A DNA stretch of 64,000 nucleotides from the human T2T-CHM13v2.0 reference genome, Homo sapiens (GCF_009914755.1 NC_060947.1); one strand, 5' to 3'; positions 26,138-41,480 are shown, counted from the first letter of the stretch. Notes: generated by a model not told the origin, from the letters alone. Numbers and translations: made by a program.

Positions 26138-26640
26138 GAAGAAAGAAAGGAAAAGAAAGAAAGAAAAGAAAGAAAGAAAGAAAAAGAAAGAAAGAAAGAA
26201 AGAAAAGAAAGAAAGAAAGAAGGAAAGAAAGAAAGAAAGAAAAGAAAGGGAAGGAAGGAAGGAAGGAAGGAAGGAAAGAAGGAAGGGGAAAGAAAGAAAA
26301 AAGAAAGAAAGAAAGAAAAGAAAAGGAGAAACAGCCACAGTTGCTTTTCCGATGAGCACTAGAGGAAACCACTGCCATTGCTTCCACTGTCCCCTGCCCA
26401 GGCAAATGTTGAGCCAGAAACTAAACTTTGCAATTGTCAGTCCCCCCCAAATCAGACAGTTATACCTCAACATTTTTCAACAAAATGGATTTCACATGAA
26501 ATCACCTTCCTCCATTTTCTCATCTCAAAATCAAAGTCTCACACAAGTATGTCTAGGTCACATGAATAAGATATAACTGCAGGGAAGCTGAAAACTTTTT
26601 CCCGGGGTTATACCCTGGAGAAGCATAAAAGTCCTCAGAT
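25851..26640. mobile_element. Old MLT1-type LTR interrupted by a GAAA tract
   Basis: tgtatcacctagggttttagttgcaagcaac LTR end motif. Confidence 0.45.
26030..26331. repeat. (GAAA)n/(GGAA)n polypurine tract
   Basis: About 300 bp almost entirely A/G. Confidence 0.95.
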
Positions 26641-26757
26641 GGAGCAAGGGCACTAAAACATTCTAAAGGTCCATGCAACTGGGCAACTCAACATTCTCTC
26701 CTACCTCTCCACCTTCTTCATAGAAGCTAAAAAGTCTAAACCTGCTTTCCAAGCCTT

Positions 26758-27065
<308 letters not shown>

Positions 27066-27487
27066 CCAAGCCTTTCTTAGTACTAAGGTTACCTATGTGA
27101 CACACTCCTGGAAATAAAATGAAGTCTTCCCAGGAGCTCTAAGAAAGAGTTGGCATCTTTGACAAAAGAGGTGACACTGCCACTGCCACCCACCCATACT
27201 TTTGAATGAAGCTATAAGTCATGGAGCTACGAATGTCATCTTATGACCATCAGGGAAAAGAGGCCTCTTGACACCCTAACATCGATACACTTGCCTACAT
27301 CCAGGCTTTCTATTTTGTGAGAAAAACTAACTGCTATTTGTTTAAGCAACTGTAAATAGTCTGTACTAACTGCGGCCTTAAAGAATTCCTTACTTATAGA
27401 CCCACATCTTCCACCATTGGCTTGTGTTGCCATCTCTCATTGAGGTTATGTCTTCAAGATTCCCAGTAATACTATTTGGTCCCCCAG

Positions 27488-28125
27488 ATTTATCCCTAGT
27501 AAAGCCAATGTTACTAGATAAAGGAAAAATACGTACTCATGGAGAATACACTAGGGTGCCAGAGAAAGAATACAGCTAATCATAACCTGTAAGATGGAAT
27601 ACAAGTAAAACATAAGGGATGCAAAATAATCAACCGACATCAGCTCCATAATTACCTTAAGTATAAGCTATACTCATGAACTTGCTAACAAATCTGCCTC
27701 TGAAACATGGTATGTGTGTGTCTCCCCCAGAATTCATATGTTGATACCTAATTCCCAGTGTGATGGTATTAAGAGTTGGACCCTTTGGGAGGTGATTAGG
27801 TCATGAGGACAAAGCCTTCATAAATGGGATTACTGCTCTTATAAAGAGGCTGCAGTGAGATCCCTTTTCCCTTCCACCATATGAGGGCGCAGCAAGAGGG
27901 TGCTATCTATGAAATGGGCTCTCACAAGACACTGAATCTGCTGATGCCTTGATCTTCCCAGTCTCCAGAACTGTGAGATCAATAAATTGATGTTGTTTAT
28001 AAGTCACTCAGTTTATGGTATTTTGTTATAGCGGCCTGAGCAAAGTAAAACACAAAACTTTCTGCAAAAGCTGGCATGAGAGGGATATACTTCAGAATCG
28101 AGGTGCCAAAAACTCTCCGAATTGG
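27488..28125 (+). pseudogene. Gene A exon candidate 5, split by an MLT1A0 LTR
   Basis: cccccAG / TGG|GTAAAC; after removing the LTR and one TSD copy: FIPSKANVTR*...HELANKSASETFCKSWHERDILQNRGAKNSPNW, phase 2-0. Confidence 0.45.
27706..28052 (+). mobile_element. MLT1A0-like solo LTR
   Basis: gtgtctcccccagaattcatatgttga...ccagaactgtgag..aataaattgatgttg...ttttgttatagcggcctgag..aaaca. Confidence 0.88.
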
Positions 28126-28304
28126 GTAAACTGATCACAGAATGTATTTGCCTATTAGAATAAGGCTATTGACTGAGGTGGAAGGGTGTAGGTGTATGAA
28201 GGGTGTGAGCAAAGGTCTAATTCTTGTGTTCCGTAAGTGGGGTCATTGGTCACTGTGAATACTTTAAACATACTCATTTAACAATTCAGTTCTATTAATT
28301 CTAG

Positions 28305-28707
28305 AGCCTAAGAGGAAAATCAGTTAAGCCAGAAAAACTAATCTCACTGTAATGAAGTACTGCATTTTCATTATCTTAACTGCTATATTTCACCAAAATG
28401 CTTAAAAGTGGAATAACAAGCATGTCTTGTGTTTTTTACTGTTCAATGGAATGTAAAAAAAAAGATAATCAAGGTTATATTCAATGCCAACATCCTAGAT
28501 GAAATAGTACCAATAAATTTTGAATTATTGACTGCATTTTCTTCGTTCCACTAATTACACTCTTCAGTGCAATTTTGGGCTCTTGGAAAAAAATGTATGC
28601 TTAGCAATACCAAAGAGACAAATGAAAATTTTTTGAAAGGACTATCAGTTTAGGGGTTTATACCACAAAAACTAGTGAATTTTAGTGACTACTTATTCCA
28701 AATCATG
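28305..28707 (+). pseudogene. Gene A exon candidates 6 (28305-28356) and 7 (28568-28707)
   Basis: ttctAG..A|GTACTG then ctcttcAG..ATG|GTATTA; SLRGKSVKPEKLISL**M + QFWALGKKCMLSNTKETNENFLKGLSV*GFIPQKLVNFSDYLFQIM; phases 0-1, 1-0. Confidence 0.45.
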
Positions 28708-28899
28708 GTATTAATAGTCAATTATTGAAGCATTGAAATAGCATACTTTTTAAAGGTAGATTGTCTATTCCTATTCTACATAACAGTATAATTATTTTGC
28801 TAAAATGACAATAACAGTATCATCTCTCAGCCTCACTTTTTCTAGCTTTTCAATGAATGGTATTTTTGCTACAATACATGTATGAAGATTATTGATTAG

Positions 28900-29095
28900 A
28901 TTATGTTATAGTAGAAAACCACAGGTTTTAAAAGAGGAGAGACCTTGGTTCGAATATTGGCTCTCCTTACACAAGTCATTAAATCTTTCTGATTCTGATT
29001 TCTCACTTTTAAAATAGAGCCACACTTTTTCTCTTGGATTAGCTTATGCATAAAATAAAATAATTGATTAAGTATTAGGCATCATATTGCAAAAT
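28900..29095 (+). mobile_element. MIR
   Basis: gagaccttggttcgaatattggctct...ctgatttctcacttttaaaat. Confidence 0.55.
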
Positions 29096-29102
29096 AGAGA
29101 TG

Positions 29103-29473
29103 TACTATGGTTTGAATGTGTCCTCTAAAAACATATGTTGGAAACTTAATCCCCATTGTATCAGTATTGGGAGGTGAGGCCTAGTACAAGGCTATTAGGC
29201 CATGAGGGCTTTACCCCTCATGAATAGATTAATGCTGTTATCACAGAAGTGGGTTTGTTTTAAAAGGGCAAATTCAGTCCCCTTTTCTCTTCATTTCTCT
29301 CACCCTCTTTGCCCTTCAGCCATGAAATGATATAGCAAGAAGGCCCTCGAGAGATGCCAACCCCTCAATCATAGACTTCCCAGCCTCCAGAACCACATGA
29401 CAATAAGTTTCTGCTAATTATAAATTACCAGTCTTAGGTATTCTGTTATAGCAGCACAAAATTAAGTAAGACA
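29103..29473 (+). mobile_element. MST (MSTC/D-like) solo LTR
   Basis: tactatggtttgaatgtgtcc...ttctgttatagcagcacaaaattaagtaagaca. Confidence 0.85.
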
Positions 29474-29474
29474 G

Positions 29475-30737
29475 GATAGAGAGGGACATCTGGCTTCCGA
29501 GCGGGAACCCTCATAGCCCCAGCGACAAAAGAATTAAACATGGGTGATGTTGAGAAAGGCAAGAAGGTTTTTGTTCAGAAGTCCGCCCAGTGTCACACCA
29601 TGGAAAAGGGAGGCAAAAGCGCAAGACTGGGCTAATCTGGGTGGTCTCTTTGGGCGGAAGACAGGTCAGGCCGTTGGATTCTCTTACACAGATGCCCATA
29701 AGAACAAAGCATCACCTGGGGAAAAGGATACACTGATGGAGTATTTGGAGAATCTCCAAAAGTACATTCCTGGAACAAAAATGATCTTTTCCGGCATTAA
29801 GAAGAAGACAGAAAGGGCAGAGTTCATAGCTTATCTCAAAAAAAGCTACTAATGAGTAATAATTGGCCACTTCCTTATTTATTACAAAACAGAAATGTCT
29901 CATGACTTTTCTATGTGCACCATAATTTAATAGATCTCACACACCAGAATTCAGATCATCGATGACTGACAGAATGTTTTTGCTGGGCAGTCCTGATTTA
30001 ACTAAGACTGGGTTGTGGTTAAATGAATATGTTCAGTTTTTTGAATTTTAATAGTAGTTACAATTCACTAAATGCTATCGCTGTTTACTCCTTCTAAAGA
30101 TATGACTGGACTTCATTAGTAATGTTCAACTTTTCACAAATATGGTGAATGCCATCTTAAAACTTATTGGAGTTTGGTTTTATATTTAGAGTTATATAAC
30201 TGGTTATATTAATATATTTAAATATTGGAGAAATTCCTTCATTGTCTCAAAACCACCTGTGCTTTGTGTTCATTTGCCTCTAAAGGGTAAGGGCTGAAGA
30301 TAAAGTAGCAACATCTACTTTATATTTTTGGCCTCAACTAGACCAATCTAATTAGAATTCTTTGTATCTAAAATGGTTCATTTTACTTACTGAAAAGCAT
30401 TTTAGTGAGATTTATATGTAATATCAAATAAAGATTATTTAACACTTCTCACATTTTATAGATGATCTATAAGAGCAGATGCTTTTAAAATAGTAGCAAG
30501 TTAAACTTCATTCTTGAATTATTTACTATCTAAGTCAGACCAAGTTATAATTTAGGATTGTCTTTAAACAGCCATTCAGAAACATAAAGCTGTAGAACTG
30601 CTGTGTATTTATGATTGGGAATGGTGCTTTTGCCAACTTAAAAGAGTTAAAGTAGAGGAGATACACACAAATTCAAGAATAATGTGTGATCATAAGACTT
30701 AAAATAATTAAAAACAAAATCACAGACCAAAAAAAAA
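29475..30737 (+). pseudogene. CYCSP: Cytochrome c (somatic) processed pseudogene, full-length mRNA copy
   Basis: 5'UTR; intronless CDS remnant 29540-29859 ([20 protein letters not shown]...[22 protein letters not shown]...[31 protein letters not shown]) with frameshifts; ~870-nt 3'UTR, ATTAAA at 30707, poly(A); 17-bp TSD aaaat[t/g]aagtaagacag (29458-29474, 30738-30754). Confidence 0.97.
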
Positions 30738-31961
30738 AAAATGAAGTAAGACAGAGTGCACAGAATTTGGTGATGTCTAAGGAAAAAAAAAAAGAGACAA
30801 AACCTGGGAACTCTTGACATGAACATCAGATCATCTGGACATGATGTTTACGAATACTCAGGGTTAGGATTAGCTAAGGATCACACAGTAGGCAAAGGAA
30901 CTCCAGGGTATAGAAACAGAGAGAATAACCCACTTCTTCTCCACATCAATAGGTAGTATGAACCTAATACAATCTACTACCTGGAAGCAGGGCAGCTGAA
31001 ATGAAAGGAGCCCAAATTTGGACTTAGAAATCATGCACCCCATATTAAGCATCATCGTTCTGCCTTTAGCAATTTTGGTAACTTACTCCTTTTAATAGAT
31101 ATTAACAATTTCTAAATTGGCAAGAAGTGGCTTTTTCCTATCCCTGTAATTTCCCAAATCAAAACACCATCAAATTCTCTTTGGTTTCGATAATGTTCCT
31201 AATTTTGCAGATGTATCCTTTGTTTAGTTAAAGTATTTCTCATTTTTCTAGTTAAGGTGACTGAGGAGCCTGAGAGTGAGCATTTTAAATGGTTATAGTG
31301 ACTTGAAAAGAAGTTAGCAGATGTTTTCTGAACAAAAGCCTGAAAGGTCTAGGAAGGTGATCTCTGGATCTATGAGACTTTATCTAGTGGGGGAAGATAA
31401 TAGGAATGTTCCAAAAGAAAATTATTCCCTCAGTGCCCCTAGTGGTGATATTAGAGATTCTCTAAAAATATATCTTGAACATTATGCTTTAGATTATCAT
31501 TGAAAAGGCTATACCCTTCACATATTTTAGAGTCTACCTTTCTTCTAACAAGTTAAAACTGGTTTATGAAAGATGTTCACACATTTTCATATTTAAGCAT
31601 ATTATTTAAATTTGTAATATTATACTATTGATAATATGATTCAGAAGCATAATTTAGTAAACATTGAATACTGAAGTCTAATGCAATGAGAAGTAAACAA
31701 GACTAAATTCATTTTAAATTCAATAATTTCTCATAAATACAAATTCTGATTTGTAAAGACTAAAAATATGTTTCAAGTATTGTCTTCATACCCCTTCTTT
31801 CATTCCACCTTCCTATCTCCAATCATTTTGGTCATTACTAAAGCTCTTGAGATATCATTAAAAAATAATCAAAGGATATTTAAATATTAGATATTACTCT
31901 TTCCCTTTCTGCAATAAGCAGTATTTGTGTTGAAAATATTCTTTAAATGTATTTAATTCAG

Positions 31962-32135
31962 AAAATCACACATACAAATCCTGGTAAGAGCCTGAAGAGT
32001 ACTCAGCCGAAACAAATAATGCAATTATGTGCTCAACTGGTTACTCAAATTTTAGGACCTTGTTCATACGTAAAGAATTCTAATACTGGCAGTAATAATA
32101 CAGACATGTTGTCACTTCATAAGTATATGACTTTG
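31962..32135 (+). pseudogene. Gene A exon candidate 8
   Basis: atttaattcAG / TTG|GTGTGT; 174 bp, phase 0-0, no stop: KITHTNPGKSLKSTQPKQIMQLCAQLVTQILGPCSYVKNSNTGSNNTDMLSLHKYMTL. Confidence 0.5.
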
Positions 32136-32215
32136 GTGTGTGTGTGAATGTACAATTTAGCCGTAGCAAAGATAAAATTTGGTTCAGGTATAAACTAGAT
32201 GGCCTTTCAACAGGC

Positions 32216-32578
32216 TGTGTGGTATGCTTTAGGTTTCTTCACAATATTATAACTTGTTCTGGGCATAGGTTGATTGTACTTCTCTAACCATTTGAAGTTA
32301 GTTGTGACTTGCTTTGGCCTGTGCAATGTGAACAAAAGTGAAACACTTCATTTATGGGCACCAATGGAAGTTTTGAGAGCCTTTACACTTAGTGTTTCTC
32401 TGTGCCACAGCATTCAGTAACATTCTAGATGATGGCGATTTGAGCAGGCTGGGTTTTAGAGGGAGGATAACGTTGGAGCAGAGCCCAGAGCAAACGCAAG
32501 CAACTGTGTTGGTTTAAGTCACTAAGATTTGGAGGTCATATGTTCCTGCAGCACACCCTAGTTCACCTGAATACCACA
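32216..32578 (+). mobile_element. Old MLT1 (I/J-like) LTR
   Basis: gtgactttgctttggcc...tgtgttggtttaagtcactaagatttgga motifs. Confidence 0.6.
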
Positions 32579-32858
32579 GGTTGTTTCTTGAGACTCTATA
32601 ACTCCACGTTATTTGGAGCTTTGAATTCAGAGTCTGAAATACAGTTAAAAAAAAATTACTGCTCAAAAAACATTTGTCACTACCAGATAGCTGGGAAAAC
32701 TATGTCAATCAATGCCTGTTAAATGAGCAAATCTCTGAATCCTATCTTCTAAGTCCTTGAAAATATCTAAGTCAGTTACCAATTTGTGTACCTTTCTCAA
32801 CCTGACAGTATCCAGTGAGAGACTGGAGATGATTGTAGTTCAAGATTTTCTTTTTCAG

Positions 32859-33255
32859 TTCTGTCTTTTGACTGAGATGATAGAAAACATAAATTTCTTT
32901 TATTCCACCACTGTCCAAGCCTTGAAATCAAAGGATTACACAGCGTCTGGATTAAACCGTCAGCTTGTACAAGTTTGAGCTAAGAAAAGGAAAAGTGTTG
33001 TTCAGTGTCTAAAACATTGTAGTACTCTAAATATAGAGTCATGGTGATACTTGAAACTTGTGAGGGAATGTGAAGAAAAGAAAATATAAACATAAATCAC
33101 AAAATCTACTAGCAACATGAATGTACAAGTAATATTTGACAGAGGAGTAATCAAGATGGTGATAACCAGCCCTAATCAAATCAATAGTAGATGCATGAGA
33201 AGAATGTGAAATGCCTACATAATCATTTCCAGCAATTTAGGGGTGCTAAATGATG
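32859..33255 (+). pseudogene. Gene A exon candidate 9
   Basis: ttttctttttcAG / GATG|GTAAGC; FCLLTEMIENINFFYSTTVQALKSKDYTASGLNRQLVQV*AKKRKSVVQCLKHCSTLNIESW*YLKLVRECEEKK, then a probable frameshift. Confidence 0.5.
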
Positions 33256-33286
33256 GTAAGCAATGTGACAAGGCACTTTAAGTATT

Positions 33287-33640
33287 TGATATGGTTTGGC
33301 TGTGTCCCAACCCAAATCTCAACTTGAATTGTATCTCCCAGAATTCCCATGTGTTGTGGGAGGGACCCAGGGGGGAGGTAATCGAATCATGAGGGCCAGT
33401 ATTTCCTGTGCTATTCTCGTGAGAGTGAATAAGTCTCACTATGTCTGATGGGTTTATCAGGGGTTTCTGCTCTCACTTTTTTCTCATTTTTCTCTTGCTG
33501 CCCATGTAAGAAGTGCCTTTCACCTCCCACCATGATCCTGAGGCCTCCCCAGCTACATGAAATTGTAGGTCCAATTAAACCTCTTTTTCTTCCCAGTCTG
33601 GGGTATGTCTTTATCAGCAGTGTGAAAACAAACTAATACA
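33287..33640 (+). mobile_element. THE1A solo LTR
   Basis: tgatatggtttggctgtgtcc...aactaataca; perfect TSD gtatt (33282-33286, 33641-33645). Confidence 0.95.
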
Positions 33641-36600
33641 GTATTTAATCAAGACATAGAACAAGATCATGGTAATATATCTACCAGAGGGCAATATCGA
33701 TACTTTCAAATTAAAAATGACTACAGCAGCATTTCCCCCAAATAATGCTGCAAAATTCTTCTTTTGGGAGTTATTAATGGGTGCACTGCAAAAATGTATT
33801 CTATGTAATGTATTCTTACATTAAAGATTCATGGCACATATTTAATATGGTAAAGATTCCGTGAAGGCCTGACATAATAAAACCTATTTAATCTAGTGTA
33901 ATCTGGCATTTCCCAAACTTTTTTGAGAATGGAATACTATTTTGAGAGAAGGGAAGCAGCACTGTCTTTATTTTAGTGTGGGGACTTTTTTGTATCTTTT
34001 TTTAATTGAGTCTTACATTTTTCCCTGTTGTCATTTTCTGATGCTCACCACACCCCATGTAACCTGTGTTAACAACCTTATATGTAGATATGTTTATCAC
34101 TCCATATTTGGTTGAAGGCTCATACAGTTCTACACATACGACATATAGATACAAGAAAGGTTTTATCCCCCTATTACTTGTTCCACAACATGAGATCATG
34201 TTTTACATACCTTACTTTAATATTTTATTCACACAACAATACGCATAGAAATCCCCTCCAATTCAGGTGATATAAGTCTAATTGATGCTTTTTAAATAAC
34301 TGCATAATATTCCATCCTGTGAAAAAAACTGTGATTGTTTAAGCCACTCCCATATTTCCCACATCAAGAAGCAGTATCCTCTGCCGAGATGCTCCATGTC
34401 TTCCCTAATTAGCCCTTTTTCAATTACATGATTACTTTAGAATATTTGTACATTCTTCACATTTTCTAGTATTCCTACCACACTACCACCACCACAGCCA
34501 CAAGTGATCTTTGGAAGACATTTATTTCCTCCTTTCCCCATCCCCAGATTCTAGGTTTTGTGAAGATAGCTTAGTACTTATTCAAATTTTCTCTGTATTA
34601 AGTTTATTCTGAGAGCCCTTATTTTCACTTTAACCCTTAAGGCATATGTTGCAAACTTTCTAACCTATTACATTAAGATAATGATAAGGATAGTGATAAA
34701 GATAGAGCTGGAAATATACAGATAGAGATAGAGATAGAGATAGAGACAGAGGTAGAGATGAATATAGATAGCTATAAAATTTTGCTCACCACAGTTTTTC
34801 TCATCTTCCTTCCTTTTATATTAAAGTTTCTCTTTTGGTTCCTTTAGTGTTTGGTTATTTTATTTTTTTCTCTCAAGTGTATTACTCATATGAGGTTCAT
34901 GGACAATATAGTCTCTAAATTCCCAAACATTTCCAAATATCTGCTGTATCTTGACATATCACTGATATCTTGGCTGGAGGATAATCCTTGGGTTATGATC
35001 AGGCTTATTTATAACATTTGAGGGCCCCAGAACAATGACAAAACTAGAATTCAACATATCATATGCCTAAATATCTAAAAATTACACATACATATATCAG
35101 AATGTCAAATTTTATGTCAACTAAAAAATAAACTAAAAGTTATAAACCAAGTTAATAAATCATTAAACATGTTATAGTATCCTACCTTGATAAGCATGCC
35201 TTTATAACAACTGACAGTCTAGGTTCTAATCAATTATTTGGCTATAGTTCTGTATCGGAAAGTGGTAGTACAGAAAGGGCCAATTTCTGGCTCGTGACCA
35301 TTGGCTCCAGGTGAGCACAGCCCCATGACTCATTAAATTCATTGCTCTATGAGGAGGGGAATAGCCAGAAAACGGTCAGAGTGTTTCACTCTAATAATCA
35401 CAAGTTGGGGCAAGAAGCCCTTTTTCTTTGTTGTAAGAGTGATATTTGTTGTGGTGCTTTTTGTCAGTGGTCTGTAGATTCTATTCAAGAGCTTACAGCT
35501 TCAGTGTTGCAAATGAGAAATAAAATTCAAATTTGATATTTTTTTTCCTTTCTAGGTAATTTATTATTTCTGCATTAATGTTTCTAAGAGTTTCTGTTTA
35601 TCCTTGGAAAGTTTAGCAAACAGCCCACATAACCTATTTTTGCATGGCCTGGAAGAAGGTGTATGATAAGTGGAATCACTGGCTTTGTGATTTGTAAAGA
35701 GCTTCTAGTAAGAGATTACTTCCTTCCTGATGGGAGAGTAGATGGAGTACTTTCTGCCATTAACACAGGCTAAGTGAGGCCAAAGGGTAGCTTCAAAAGA
35801 ATAATTCAGAGAGATCATGGGTGCTTGCAAGAAAATGAGATGTCTCTCACTTCCCATATGAGGCTGCAATTTCTCCCTGGTAATGCCATGAGACAGGAGG
35901 ATATTGAGAGCTCTTGAGAGCCCTTAAGACATTTGAGGCATAAAATAGCTTTGAAATATATATCCTCTTGTGGTCTAGTTAGTTCTAAAGGTAGGAGTTC
36001 TGCTGAAATTGTCTATAGCAGCAAGGCCAAAAGAGGTTATAGAGAGCTATGCCTTGGAAGAACATGGGTAAAACCCTCAGTCTTAGTTTTATGGACTTGG
36101 AGGACTTATAAGAGAGCCTAAGCACAAAGGGTGGAAGTTGTAGGACTACATAGAGAGATGCCATGCAAATAAGGTGACGCCCTACCTGGAGAGACTGAAG
36201 GAAGACACAACTGCTCCTTCCTGTGATAGTCTTCAGTATTAGAAGGGGGCCAAGATGAAGCAAAACAGTGCCTCAAGAAAGCCACACACTTCATATATGG
36301 GAAAACCACACAGCAGAAGATGCTACCAAGTTGGACAAAATGGGATCACCAGCCACAGCAGGTGACCAATAAATGATGTAAGAAGAACTCTGTGTACTAT
36401 TTCCCTCTCCCTTCCTCAGCACAAAAGGAACTCCTTTAAGAAAAGAAAGAAAGTAAAATAATCTCAGAACAGTTGACTTGGACTCTTCCCCACCCTCTAC
36501 CACTCATACTGGCCTCCAAGCAGCCAGGTAAGAGCTCTAGTCTGCACTAGAGCAGGAGATAGTATAAATTTTTGAATTTTTTTACACTCAATTTAACTAA

Positions 36601-36689
36601 ATTTGATAGCTGAAAATAGCCACAAAGGAATGAAATCTGCTAAAGATGTTGCTAAGGGACAGGATGGGAGATTGAGAGAGCATGGTTAA

Positions 36690-37425
36690 AAGTAGGAGAT
36701 TTCTTAAAGAACTACAAGTAGAACTACCATTTGATTCAGCAATCCCTCTACTGGGTATCTATCCAAAAGAAAAGTCATTATATCAAAGAGACACCTGCAC
36801 ACACATGTTTATAGCAGCGCAATTCTCAATTGCAAAGATATGGAACCTAAGTGCCCATCGACCAACGAGTGAATAAAGAAAATGTGGTATATACACACTA
36901 TGTGTATATATAAAACAAAAAAGTGGTATATATATATATGTATATATGTATATATATATGTATATATGTATATATATGTGTATATATGTATATATATGTG
37001 TGTATATATGTGCATATATATGCATATATATGTGTGTATATATATGTGTGTGTGTATATATATATATACTACTCAGCCATAAAAAGGAATAAAATAATAT
37101 ATTTTTCAGCAACTTGGATGGAGCTGGAAGCCATTATTCGAAAGTGAAGTAACTCAGGAATGCAAAACCAAATATCATATGTTCTCATTTGTAAGTTGGA
37201 GTTAAGCTATGAGGATGCAAAAGCATAAGAATCATATAGTGGACTTTGAGGACTCAAAGGAGAAGAATGGGTGGGGCAGTGATGGATAAAAGACAACATA
37301 TTGGGTACAGTGTACACTTCTCCAGTTATGGGTGCACCAAAATCCCAGAAATCACCACTAAAGAACTTCCATGTAACCAAAAACCACTCGTACCCCAAAA
37401 CTATTGAAATATAAAATCAAATAAA
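36690..37425 (+). mobile_element. 5'-truncated L1PB 3' end with an internal (TA/TG)n microsatellite (36885-37068)
   Basis: [25 protein letters not shown]; L1PB 3'UTR gggtgcaccaaaatcccagaaatcaccactaaagaac. Confidence 0.88.
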
Positions 37426-37684
37426 GAAGTGCTTGGAAAAATAAACGTTGCATCACGTTTATATTTGTTAGAGCATCTCCTACCATTGGCAAAGATATAG
37501 TGATGGTTCTACCTTGAAGCCTTTTTTGATGCAAGTAAAACACTGTGTCTTGAATTATCATTATTTAAGTATTCCTCTTATCCTTTATGAATGGAAGTCC
37601 TCAGCTGTCAACATGTATATTTGATTATATTTGTGTTTTCCATTGTGATTAACAGAGCATTAAAATAACAGCTATTCTCATATA

Positions 37685-37895
37685 AGGATATGGTGGAATG
37701 CACAGATTTTTGAATCAGAAAGACCTGGGTTCAAATCCTGTTTTGCCATTTACTAGTTGTGCAGACTTGCCCAATTTACAAAATATAGCCTACACGTAAT
37801 AAAAGTCTTATCGTTTTGTGAGGATTTAATAAGATACTATATTTTAAATGTTTAGTATGATGCTGGTCACACAGTGGGTACTTAGAAAACATTAA
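37685..37895 (+). mobile_element. MIR
   Basis: agacctgggttcaaatcctgttttgccatttactagttgtg core. Confidence 0.75.
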
Positions 37896-39439
37896 CATCC
37901 CTTTGTCCCTTCCCTTCCCTGTGCTATTTACCTAGCTAAATTATTTGTTCTGGCATTCAGAGATAGGTTCACAATGAAGTACATGAAGCTTATCCCTCAG
38001 GGCCCCTTACTTTTCTGGGTCATTTGAAATAATACTTTTAACCCTTATTTCTCATTTGGACACCCAAATTGTATGAACTTTAGGCCCACTAAACCTGGAT
38101 CAGCCTATTATGGCATTTAAAGTTTTTTCTTTGGTCAAAGCTTGATAACTCAGGAAAACTGGAAGAAACTTCAGTAGAATATTAAGAGGAATAATATGCA
38201 AATTAAAAAGAAAATAACTGTCCATTAAACCAGTAATTTTTGTTATTAATTAAAGCCTAAGTACTAGTGTAATTTAAAGTATTATAAATGCAATGCAAAC
38301 ATACAAAGCACATCAGGTTTAAGTTGTAGTCCAATTAGACAGTGAAGCGACATCAGAACTAGAAGAACCCAAGAGATCATCTAGGCCAGGAAAATGAACT
38401 CTTCTGACTTTCTGTAAGAAGAGAAGAGAATTAGCTTCTGGACATATTAGGTTTATATAAGATTTGGAAATACATAACCTTGAAAAACCCCCTTTCCCTT
38501 CTCAGAGTCTCAGTTTTTCTATCAATAAAATGAGAAGATTGGACTAGATGATTCTAAAGGGCCTTACAGTTCTGACATTATAAGTATAATTGACAAACAA
38601 TATTATATGATTGTATGAATTAATCAACACCAATATACTTCATTATTTCATCCTATGACTTAAGCCAGTTTGGGAACTGTTTATACTTCCTCCTCTCTAC
38701 TCAAAAGTACAAGTGTCAGTAAACAGTGAAACAGACTAATTAAATAAAATAAAGGAGTAAAAGAAACAATAGGCATCAATGTCTACCAAGAGAAGAAGAA
38801 TTAAATCAACCGTGGTTATTTTTCTAACAGATTTATTAATTACAAAGCTTAGTTTTCCCATTGTTTCTCAGTTAAGACTAAACATCCTCAATTAAATGCT
38901 AGAATTCCCTTTAACACAGTCACTTAATCTCCCACAATGATATTGTCTGTCACTGTGACTGAGCAACAGCTTCAAAACACAATTTTAATTTTTGGCTTCT
39001 GTGAATTTTAAAAGTTCAATGTACAGTGGCTTAACACACCATGAGATTCCACTCTAAAGCTCTGGATGCCAAAATGAGCAGCCACCTGCTTCTTCTCTGA
39101 TACACAGAAATTTAAGAACTTGGGAAATATTCACTATCTCAAGTCTCTCCTTTAAGTAGGCTTTATAAAACTATTTGAAAAGTTTTTAAAATTCATTTAT
39201 GTGGACAGAAGGATGGATACATAAGTAGATATGTGATAAATCAAGTATAATAACATTTTAATGTTAGAACCTAGGTGGTGGAAATATAGGTGTTGATTGT
39301 ACAATTTTTTCAACTTTGTTATATGTTTAAAATTTTTATAGTATAAAAATTTTATATATCTCTTTGTATGCATATCTCTTCATACAAAGTTTGTAAACTT
39401 CAAATAACTTGAAAATCGCTAAAAATCAAATCATCTGAC

Positions 39440-41300
<1,861 letters not shown>

Positions 41301-41480
41301 ATATTTAAAATAAATGTAATCGTTACGAAAGATCAAACTCCTAATGCTTATTAGGCACATGAGAAATGAAATGGTTATAGGGGTAAATTTCAGATATGCT
41401 AGATCCAGACTACATGAAATTTTATTTATGGAAAGTACTATAGTGTCTATGCCTCTTTCCACTGGATGCTATTTTTGTAG

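Noticed and set aside
26000-26473. 157/128-aa F/S/L-rich ORFs
   Set aside because: Translation of the GAAA microsatellite.
29544-29852. 102-aa ORF as a functional cytochrome c
   Set aside because: The N-terminus is out of frame, the CXXCH motif is absent, and it lies in a retrocopy with poly(A) and TSD.
36783-37147. Y/I/H-rich ORFs
   Set aside because: Translation of the (TA/TG)n repeat.
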